Source: Fonticula alba ATCC 38817
Taxonomy: Eukaryota; Protista; Nucleariida
Length of the DNA stretch: 10,361 nucleotides
Direction: 5' to 3' (one strand)
NCBI GenBank assembly: GCA_000388065.2
Contig: KB932202.1
How positions within the stretch are numbered: position 1 is the first letter of the stretch; each line of letters opens with the position of its first letter. A program made the position numbers and the translations under genes. Below, piece after piece: positions 1-7,548 of the stretch. A model generated the notes under the pieces. The model did no database searches, was not told the origin of the DNA, and was given only the letters and a program-made list of their open reading frames with translations.

Positions 1-40
1 GACCCTGCTCCACTCGACACGCACCTGCACACCCCTCCAG

Positions 41-728
41 ATGCCCTCCACCGGTCTCATGCCGATGTCCGCATCGGGCGCCGAGGAGTCCACCGGATCC
101 CTGACCGCCGGGGACACGGGCGCCGCCAGCGCCACCGGCTCCAACGGCACCATCCTCTCCGCCACAGCAGGGGGCACCATGCTGTCCGCCGGTGGGCCCG
201 GCCCGGCCGGCCCCTCCCAGCCACCCACCGCCTCCTACGCCACCCCCGGCATGCTCTCGCACCATGGCCCCCACCATGGTGCCCCGGCGCCCGGGGCCCT
301 GCGCCCGATCGTCACCGACGGCGGCAAGTCCGACACCGGCATGCCCCCCCCGGCCCCGGGCACCCGAACCGGGACGCACTCCCAGTCGCAGCAGCAGCAG
401 CAGCAGCAGCAATACCACCAGCAGCAACAGTCCCCTCACAGCGGCGGCCAGCACCAGATCTCCCACTCACACCAGGCCCCGGCCCATGGCCCCAGCTACT
501 CGGCGCACCAGATCGTCGGCGCCGGGGGGAAGTTCTCCGGCTTCGGCAGTCGCCCCGGCGCCGGCCGCCCCAATGATCCCGACGATGAGGGCGACGATGA
601 GGGCGACGACGAAACCGACGACGGCCCCTCCCCCCTGGACGCCCCGGGCTCCAGCCTCAAGGCGCACTCCATGCAGCGGTCCAAGTCCACGCCCAACCTG
701 TCGGATGCACGCCGGTCCGGCCGCAACG
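41..728 (+). CDS. Homeobox transcription factor, first visible exon (low-complexity Gly/Ser/His/Gln-rich and acidic N-terminal region)
   Basis: Open frame from ATG 41 to a GTGCGC donor at 729. Phase-1 splice G728+CC868-869 joins in frame to the homeodomain arm (APRKRHRTT). ATG 41 is directly preceded by a C-rich tract ending in CAG, so the gene may begin upstream of the window. Confidence 0.8.
389..428 (+). repeat. Coding (CAG/CAA)n polyglutamine tract
   Basis: Direct reading of CAG runs interrupted by TAC CAC. Confidence 0.9.
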
Positions 729-867
729 GTGCGCCCCTGACCCGCCCCCTCCCCCTCTGTCTGTTCTCGCCATGGTCACTTACCCGGCTCCCTCCCTCCC
801 TCCCTCCCTCCCTCCCTCCCTCCCTCCACACACACACACACACACACGCACACACACGCGTGCGCAG
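729..867 (+). other. Spliceosomal intron 1 of homeobox gene (139 nt)
   Basis: GTGCGC...GCAG ends; C-rich with (CCCT)n and (CA)n microsatellites; removal restores RKRHRT-TPAQLLVLEQIF upstream of the WFQNRR helix. Confidence 0.9.
789..858 (+). repeat. Intronic (CCCT)n followed by (CA)n microsatellite
   Basis: ctccctccctccctccctccc... then cacacacaca... Confidence 0.95.
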
Positions 868-2181
868 CCCCGCGCAAGCGCCACCGCACCACCCCGGCCC
901 AGCTCCTGGTGCTCGAGCAAATTTTCACCCACACCACCACCACCCCGAATGCGGCCCTCCGTGCGGCCCTCGCCTCGCGGATTGACATGCCCCCGCGCGC
1001 GGTGCAGGTTTGGTTCCAGAACCGCCGCGCCAAGGTCAAGAACATCAGCCGGCGATCGGCCGCCGACCCGACCGCCATGGCGCTCGCCTCCGGCGGCCTC
1101 CCCGGCGCAGGTGGCCACGCCCATGGCCACGCCCATGCCCATGCCCATGGGGCCTTCCATCACCACTCGGCCGCGGCCGCTGCCCTGCAGCAGCAGGCCG
1201 GCGCCTACGGCCCGCCGGCCACCATGGCCTACCAATTGTCCCACGCCGGCGGCACGGCCACCTACCACCTGCTCAACGGGACCGCGGCCCATGGTGCGGC
1301 CGGGGTCGGGCTCCTCGCCGGTGCCGACCCCACCGGCACCGGCGGCCTGGCCACCGGTCTCGTCAATGCCGGCCCCCCCGGCGGGCCTGGCTTCGGCCTG
1401 CAGCCCCTGCAGATGGGCCCCGGCGGGGCTCCCTTCACAGGCATGCATCCCTCGGGCAGTAGTAGTACGGCCACTGCCACGGCGGCGGCGGCGGCGGCGG
1501 CCGCCGCAGCTGCCGCGGCTGCCGGCGTCGGCGTCGGCGGCCTGCTTGCCGCCGCCGGCGGGGACTTCCCCCTGGGCGCGGCCGGGCTCCTGGCCGCGGC
1601 CACCGGCGTCCCGGCCGCCACCGCCCCGACCGGTGCTTCCGGCATCCCGCAACAGCCCACCCCCCAGACATTCAACGGCCTGCCACTGAGTGTTCGCCGG
1701 CTGAAGGTCGGCACGTGGGACCGCATTCGCCAGGGCGGCGGCTGTACCTGCACCTCCACCGTGCACGACGAGCACAATAACCCCCACTTGACCACCCTCA
1801 GCCCCGACCAGTGCATCTGCAAGTGCGATCTCGCCGCGTCCACGGTCTTCCCCATGGTGACCGACCACACCGCCGACCACAGCTACCTGGTGTGGCATGT
1901 GTCCGAGCAGTCCCTTCGCTGTCGCATTGCCCTGGCCCTGCGCCATGTGACCCGCGCCGTGCTCTACCTCCCCCTGCCCAGCGAGGCCGGCTCGTTGTCC
2001 CTCGGCGGCATGGCGGCGGCCCCCGGGGCCGGTGGCGATCTGGCCGATCCGCACTTCAAGCAGCCGGGCTTCGACGAGGAGGACCCCGCCGCCCAGGGCC
2101 CGGACGCCATGGTCACTCTCTTTTCGCGCGGCGCCCCGGAGTGTGCCTTCCGCCAGCGCTGGGACTTTGGCTCCTGGCAGC
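868..2181 (+). CDS. Homeobox transcription factor exon: homeodomain, Ala/Gly/His-rich linker, N-terminal part of PH-like domain
   Basis: Translation PRKRHRTTPAQLLVLEQIFTHTTTTPNAALRAALASRIDMPPRAVQVWFQNRRAKVK (870-1040) has L16, F20, W48, F49, Q50, N51, R53. From 1671, LSVRRLKVGTWDR...CKCDLAA...YLVWHVSEQSLRCRIAL resembles the IGxW...LVW...KIE signature of the Pho2/HOY1/TRF2-like PH domain (recalled, not searched). Confidence 0.92.
870..1040 (+). other. Homeodomain (non-TALE, Q50; fungal Pho2/Yox1-like arm)
   Basis: VQVWFQNRRAK recognition helix plus basic arm RKRHRTT; helix spacing canonical apart from one extra loop residue. Confidence 0.95.
1478..1523 (+). repeat. Coding (GCG/GCC)n polyalanine tract
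   Basis: ggcggcggcggcggcggcggcggccgccgcagctgccgcggctgcc in the homeobox exon frame. Confidence 0.9.
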
Positions 2182-2656
2182 GTGCGTGCCCCGTGCCTCG
2201 CGTGTGGCTGCCCTCCTCCCTTGCGCGGTCCTTTTGCGCCGGCTCCTCCCCTCCAGCCGACATGTGTTCTGACCCAAACACCCCCCCCCCCCCCCCCCCC
2301 CCCAGGGCCATCTCCCATTTAATAATTGAACTCCGTCGCTTCTTGGGTCATTGTCACGGATGGCGGCGGACCCCCGCACACACGCCACGCACATAGGCCC
2401 CGACCACCCCCGCTCCCCACCCCTGGGGCGGGGGGCTTGGGGCTTGGGGACTCCCGGAGAGTGCACACGCGCCACCCAAACACCCCCCCCCCCCCCGGGA
2501 AAATGAACAGCGTGGTACTGGGGAATCAATACTGGCCTCAGGGGAATGCTCATCCTCCCGGGCNNNNNNNNNNNNNNNNNNNNNNNNNNNNNNNNNNNNN
2601 NNNNNNNNNNNNNNNNNNNNNNNNNNNNNNNNACCCTCCTCCTGGCCTGGCCACAG
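2182..2656 (+). other. Intron 2 of homeobox gene (spans the small gap; length approximate)
   Basis: GTGCGT donor at 2182, CCACAG acceptor ending 2656. The join C2181+CA gives FGSWQ-P-CDDITEGRQA, matching the W-x(2-3)-[CS]-x-D-[FI]-T-x-G-x-Q-A motif of this PH-like family. Confidence 0.75.
2564..2632. other. Assembly gap (69 N)
   Basis: Run of N. Confidence 1.
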
Positions 2657-3026
2657 CATGCGACGACATCACCGAGGGCCGCCAGGCCACCCCCGGGCCC
2701 GGGCCCGATGCCCAGGCCGTCTACCGGGCGTGGCTCCCGGCCGGGGCCATGCGCGCCCGACTCATCCCCCTGCTGCTGGCGGCCCGAGTGCCGATTGACA
2801 TCAAGGAGGGCGACGTCCCGCACCCGAATGCCCCGTTCCCCTCCCTGGCCGAGCAGCAGCCCGAGTACGTGGCGGCGAATGCCGTCGCGCATGCGCCACC
2901 CCCCGCCGTCGGCCCCTTCACCGGTCCCGCGGATCCCACCGGTCTGCTCCTCGCGCCGCAGTCGCAGCCACAGATGCATGTATCGCAATCTTCGCACCAT
3001 GGCGCGCAGCAGCCCATGATGCTCCT

Positions 3027-3057
<31 letters not shown>

Positions 3058-3059
3058 GT

Positions 3060-3090
<31 letters not shown>

Positions 3091-3707
3091 GTGCAGCAGC
3101 AGCAGCAGCAGCAGCAGCAGGTGCAACAGCCGGGCGGCGGTGTCAACACGCGCATCCTCGATGGAGTGGCGGCTGCCTCGCAGTTCGCCACGCTCGCCGG
3201 GCCGACCTTTGCCACCGGGCCCGGCGCTGGGCCCGGCGCGGCGGCGGTCGGCTTTCTCCCGGAGCAGGACTGCTTCTACGATGACGATGGCGAGGAATAT
3301 GAGGTCGACGATGGAGAGGAAGACTCGGAGGGCGCCTCCTCGACTGGAGTTGCCCTGTGTGGCGGGAGCCATTGCGCCGGCGTGTGCGGTGGCCCCTTCT
3401 CCCCGGGCAGCAGCATGACGACGTGCCAGTCGCACGCGGCGGCGGCGGCCGCCGCCGGTGGCGGCGACCTCCAGCGCGGGCGGCTGTTGGGCCGCGGCGG
3501 TGGCCAGGCCGCCGGGTCGCCCTTCGACCCGCAGCAGACCTCGCACCGGACTTCTCGCGGCAAGCGCGTGCTCAAGCTCCGCAAGACGCAGTCCACGCCG
3601 GCGCTATTGCATTCGGCGGCCCCGGGCGGCCACGGGGGGTTACCGGTCATCAGTCGCGCGGCTTTGGCCATGCCGCCGCAGCAGCAGCTGGCCAACTTCG
3701 CGGCAGT

Positions 3708-3753
<46 letters not shown>

Positions 3754-4010
3754 CTGGGGGGTAGCGGTGGGGGGTATGCCACCGGCGCCCCGGGTCCCGG
3801 GGTTCTCGGAGCCATGACCACCGCCGACCTTCAGACCGCCTCCCGGCATCACCTCCAGCAGCAGCCCCAAGTTCCCATGCTAGCGGCCGCGCACGGCGGG
3901 TCGCAGGACCTCACCGGGGGCCACCTCGTGGCAGCTGGCTCGCGTCCAACTTCACCGCTTGGGGGCATTCTTCACAGTACCATGCAGCAGCAGCAGCAGC
4001 AGCAACAGCC

Positions 4011-4051
<41 letters not shown>

Positions 4052-4084
4052 TTCCGGGCCAGCAGCCCCTCTACACCAATGCCT
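2657..4084 (+). CDS. Homeobox transcription factor exon: C-terminal part of PH-like domain, polyQ and acidic putative activation region
   Basis: Stop-free frame (ORF 2326..4695 frame) from CDDITEGRQAT...RARLIPLLLAARV through several polyQ tracts and DDDGEEYEVDDGEEDSE, ending at a GTACGT donor at 4085 where the sequence becomes C/T-rich. Confidence 0.82.
3028..3129 (+). repeat. Higher-order polyQ repeat Q10-V-Q10-V-Q9-V-QQ
   Basis: Two identical 33-nt units [(CAG)8 CAA CAG GTG] at 3028-3060 and 3061-3093, then (CAG)9 GTG CAA CAG. Confidence 0.95.
3706..3753 (+). repeat. Coding (CAG)n polyglutamine tract
   Basis: Direct reading. Confidence 0.9.
3985..4050 (+). repeat. Coding (CAG)n polyglutamine tract with one Pro interruption
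   Basis: Direct reading: Q8-P-Q13. Confidence 0.9.
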
Positions 4085-4287
4085 GTACGTCGTGGCCCCT
4101 CGATCCCCCCCCCTCTCCCTTTTGTCCCATCTCTCACGGTCTGGCACGGGGGGGGGGGGGGGGACAGATGCTCGCCCACACGTCCACAACCCCCCAGCAT
4201 ACCACGTCGCGTGAGGGCGCGCCTGTTCCTCTAACCCATGCACGCTCTCCCCTGCCTTTACATCCCTCCTCTTCTCCACCCCCCCAG

Positions 4288-4307
4288 ACCTCTTCCGTCC
4301 TAACTGA
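4288..4307 (+). CDS. Tentative terminal exon of homeobox gene (…NA-YLFRPN*)
   Basis: Pyrimidine tract, CTAAC-like branch motif (~4230-4235) and CCCAG acceptor at 4287; a 203-nt intron matches other intron sizes here. Alternative acceptor at 4167 gives YARPHVHNPPAYHVA* (TGA 4212-4214), so the end is uncertain. Confidence 0.4.
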
Positions 4308-5478
4308 AGCGTGGAAACGCTCTCGTCCCCTCCCCCCCCCCTCCCCCCTTTCACACACGCGTGCGCACACACCACCCCCCACGCCCAGTGCACGCCCAGG
4401 TCCCCGGCCATGCGACCCACTTTGCCCCGGGGCCCGCCCATCACCGGGGCCCGCCGCCCCCACCGGCGGGGGGCCATCATCCCCACGGCGGCCCGATCCC
4501 GCAGCACCCGCTCTAGAGACGCCCATGCGCGTGCGTGGGGGTGACCGTGTGTGTATACACAAAACACATATGCATATTTGTACACATATATGTATGCGGC
4601 CTCCCGCGCCCCCCCCCCCCCCATGTTTGAGAAGCAGCCCTGTCCTTGAGATCCCCTCCCCCCTCCCTCGTGCGTGCGCGCGTGTGCGAGCGTAGAAGGG
4701 CCCCATGTCACGCACCACCACTCCAATAATAATACGACGAAGCCCGCATCCACTTCCAGCTCGATTGTGCTGTGCCCTCGCGGGCGTGTGCGCGTGCGTC
4801 CGTGCCGCGCGACAACGGCCCTCGCCGTTGCCATGGTGGCCGGGGAGGCCCCCTGCCCCGCACTGCCCCCCCCCCCCCCCCGGGGGAGGGGGGATAGGCC
4901 CCCTCTCCATCCTGGCCCTGTTGGCTGGATGCGACGCCGGTATATTGTCCCACATCCCGGCTGCTTATTGGGGGACGAGGGGGCGGGGCTGGGGTGGGGC
5001 CAATGCCGCGGCGCTCCTTGCGGGGGCGAGAGCAAATGCCTCCCCGGCGTCGCGGGCCGCCGTGCCCCCGCGCCCCTCCCCGGCGGGGAGAGGAGGGAGC
5101 CCCGCCAACGGCGTCGGACCCGTCACGCCCGGTGGCCGTCCTTCGCCCCGTGCGGGGTATCACGTCCCATGGCACGGGGATCACGCGAGATATTCCTAAA
5201 TCCAAGAGCGCCGGCATCCGTTCTCCCCCGGCCGGGGGAAGATCTTCACATGGATTTTCACGCCGCCCGCCGGCTGGCGGCCAGACCAACACGGTCCTCC
5301 CCGCGCACCGGCCTCGGGGGACTGGGCGGGAGTCTTTCGGCGCCCGGCGCCTGCGTGAGGCTGCTGCGCATGCGCGCACACGCGCCCGCCCGTTGTGCCC
5401 TCGAGAGTCGGCCCCTCTTTGGGCTTTTCACCCGGTGAGGCTGGCCCACAAAGGGACCAACGCGGGTGCCTCGCCCCT

Positions 5479-5521
<43 letters not shown>

Positions 5522-5533
5522 CTTGCCTGCCTG
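5479..5533 (+). repeat. (CTGC/GCCT)n tetranucleotide microsatellite
   Basis: ctgcctgcctgcc... about 13 units with one C>T variant (gcttgcc). Confidence 0.95.
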
Positions 5534-6138
5534 TCCCCCCCCCCTCCCCCCCCGCCCCCCCCTTGCTCGCCATGCCTGTGGCCACATCCGGGCCCCACGC
5601 GTGTGCCAGCAACCCCCACATGGCCCGATTGGCCGCGCCCCCGGGCGATCCCCATTTTATGTATGCAGCTATCCCACACTTGTCCTCACGCTGGCCCGCG
5701 CGCGGCGTTTTCCCGCCGATCCTGTATTCCTTCTTGGCCCGCCGGTGCCCACCCCGGCCGTGTGTAGGACCACCGCCAGCAGGGGGGGGGGGGCGGGGGG
5801 GGGGCGGGAACGCTCTCGGGCGTCGGCCGGCAGGGGGGACCCGGGCCCGAAGAAGCCCTGGAAAATGGGGGCCGGACCAGAGGAAGCTGCCAGCAGCGCA
5901 TTCCCCGCCGAAAGTCGCCGGCGCGGGGGGAGGGCGAGGAGAAGGGGCGGGACCGTTAGGCACGCGCATTAGTGTTTATCAGGCCACTCCCGCTGCCTAC
6001 AGCCACCCTCGCACCCTCGCACCCTGCCCCCGGGCCCCGTTTTTTTTTCCAGTTGCCGATCATCCACGCCCAAGGCAGGGAGCTGGGGTGCACCCGCCAG
6101 ACCTGCGTGCTCTGGAACGAGGGGGGGGGGGGGGGGGA

Positions 6139-6958
6139 NNNNNNNNNNNNNNNNNNNNNNNNNNNNNNNNNNNNNNNNNNNNNNNNNNNNNNNNNNNNNN
6201 NNNNNNNNNNNNNNNNNNNNNNNNNNNNNNNNNNNNNNNNNNNNNNNNNNNNNNNNNNNNNNNNNNNNNNNNNNNNNNNNNNNNNNNNNNNNNNNNNNNN
6301 NNNNNNNNNNNNNNNNNNNNNNNNNNNNNNNNNNNNNNNNNNNNNNNNNNNNNNNNNNNNNNNNNNNNNNNNNNNNNNNNNNNNNNNNNNNNNNNNNNNN
6401 NNNNNNNNNNNNNNNNNNNNNNNNNNNNNNNNNNNNNNNNNNNNNNNNNNNNNNNNNNNNNNNNNNNNNNNNNNNNNNNNNNNNNNNNNNNNNNNNNNNN
6501 NNNNNNNNNNNNNNNNNNNNNNNNNNNNNNNNNNNNNNNNNNNNNNNNNNNNNNNNNNNNNNNNNNNNNNNNNNNNNNNNNNNNNNNNNNNNNNNNNNNN
6601 NNNNNNNNNNNNNNNNNNNNNNNNNNNNNNNNNNNNNNNNNNNNNNNNNNNNNNNNNNNNNNNNNNNNNNNNNNNNNNNNNNNNNNNNNNNNNNNNNNNN
6701 NNNNNNNNNNNNNNNNNNNNNNNNNNNNNNNNNNNNNNNNNNNNNNNNNNNNNNNNNNNNNNNNNNNNNNNNNNNNNNNNNNNNNNNNNNNNNNNNNNNN
6801 NNNNNNNNNNNNNNNNNNNNNNNNNNNNNNNNNNNNNNNNNNNNNNNNNNNNNNNNNNNNNNNNNNNNNNNNNNNNNNNNNNNNNNNNNNNNNNNNNNNN
6901 NNNNNNNNNNNNNNNNNNNNNNNNNNNNNNNNNNNNNNNNNNNNNNNNNNNNNNNNNN
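6139..6958. other. Assembly gap (820 N), likely hiding the MetH N-terminal exon(s)
   Basis: Run of N directly after a long G homopolymer; coding sequence resumes at (N)DLLTLTQPD, which in known MetH follows LDGxMGT...LKGNN. Confidence 1.
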
Positions 6959-7371
6959 ACGACCTCCTGACCCTCACCCAGCCGGACATCATCCGGACCA
7001 TTCACCGGGACTACCTGGCCGCCGGGGCGGACATCGTCGAGACCAACACCTTCTCCTCGACCTTCGTCGCCCAGGCCGACTACGCCATGCCGCACCTGGC
7101 CCGGCGCCTGAACGTCGAGGCGGCCCGCCTGGCCAAGGAGGCCGCGCGCGAGGTCACCCGCCTCGAGCCGCACCGGCCGCGCCTGGTTGCCGGCGCCATC
7201 GGCCCCACCAGCAAGACCCTGTCCATTTCGCCGTCCGTCGTCAACCCCGGCCTCCGGTCCGGCACCTTCGAGGAGCTGGTCGCCGCGTACACCGAGCAGA
7301 CCGAGGGCCTGCTGGAGGGTGGCGCCGACATCCTCCTGGTGGAGACCATTTTCGATACCCTCAATGCGAAG
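6959..7371 (+). CDS. metH: Cobalamin-dependent methionine synthase, homocysteine-binding domain exon (5'-partial)
   Basis: (N)[41 protein letters not shown]...[17 protein letters not shown]...[21 protein letters not shown], highly characteristic of MetH/MTR; GTGCGC donor at 7372. Confidence 0.97.
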
Positions 7372-7548
7372 GTGCGCGCGTGGGCGCCGGCGCCCTGCGG
7401 GCGGCCCCTCCTCCGTGGGCTTCCCCCCCCCCTTTCTCTCTTTCTCTCCCTATGTATCCATCTCTCCCTCCCTCCCTCTCTCCCCAGCCCCCCCCGCTCC
7501 CCCCTTCAGAATACCCTACTCACACACCGTCCACCCTGGCTCCTGCAG
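7372..7548 (+). other. MetH intron (177 nt, in-frame and stop-free)
   Basis: GTGCGC...CTGCAG; removal gives DTLNAK-AALFA as in MetH orthologues. Confidence 0.93.

Noticed and set aside
780-2318. 512-aa minus-strand ORF and other long antisense or alternate-frame ORFs (192..740, 772..1689, 2113..3546, 8473..8943, 8940..9758)
   Set aside because: They shadow real + strand exons; extreme GC3 and CAG/GCG repeats suppress stop codons; the translations are low-complexity with no recognisable domain.
2182-2563. Intron-encoded snoRNA in the long intron
   Set aside because: A CTGA (box D-like) is present at ~2269-2272 but I found no RTGATGA box C or H/ACA hairpin pair.
5198-5250. ATCCAAGAG resembling the 5' end of a SAM-I riboswitch upstream of a methionine gene
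   Set aside because: No downstream GGAGGGAC/GGCCC, GGCAACC or GGUGC..AAUUCC elements; SAM-I is not known in eukaryotic nuclear genes.
4700-5970. Possible third protein-coding gene in the intergenic region (ORFs 4708..5379, 4674..5438, 4994..5767, 5196..5969)
   Set aside because: No recognisable motifs, no coding-like codon pattern, dominated by homopolymers and (GCCT)n; no consistent GTRCGY/CAG exon chain found.
6075-6110. Fragments resembling a cobalamin riboswitch (AGGGAG..GGTGCA..CC and GCCAGACCTGC) upstream of a B12 enzyme; GGGGTGC also resembles the TPP riboswitch start
   Set aside because: The intervening conserved elements (CCCGCAACUGU, GCCACUG, GGGAAG; CUGAGA for TPP) are missing or out of order and the spacing is far too short. 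An Infernal cmscan hit after gap closure would revive it.
7372-7548. Apparent 59-aa insertion in the MetH Hcy domain
   Set aside because: It is a 177-nt in-frame intron with GTGCGC/CAG ends and the C/T-rich composition of the other introns.
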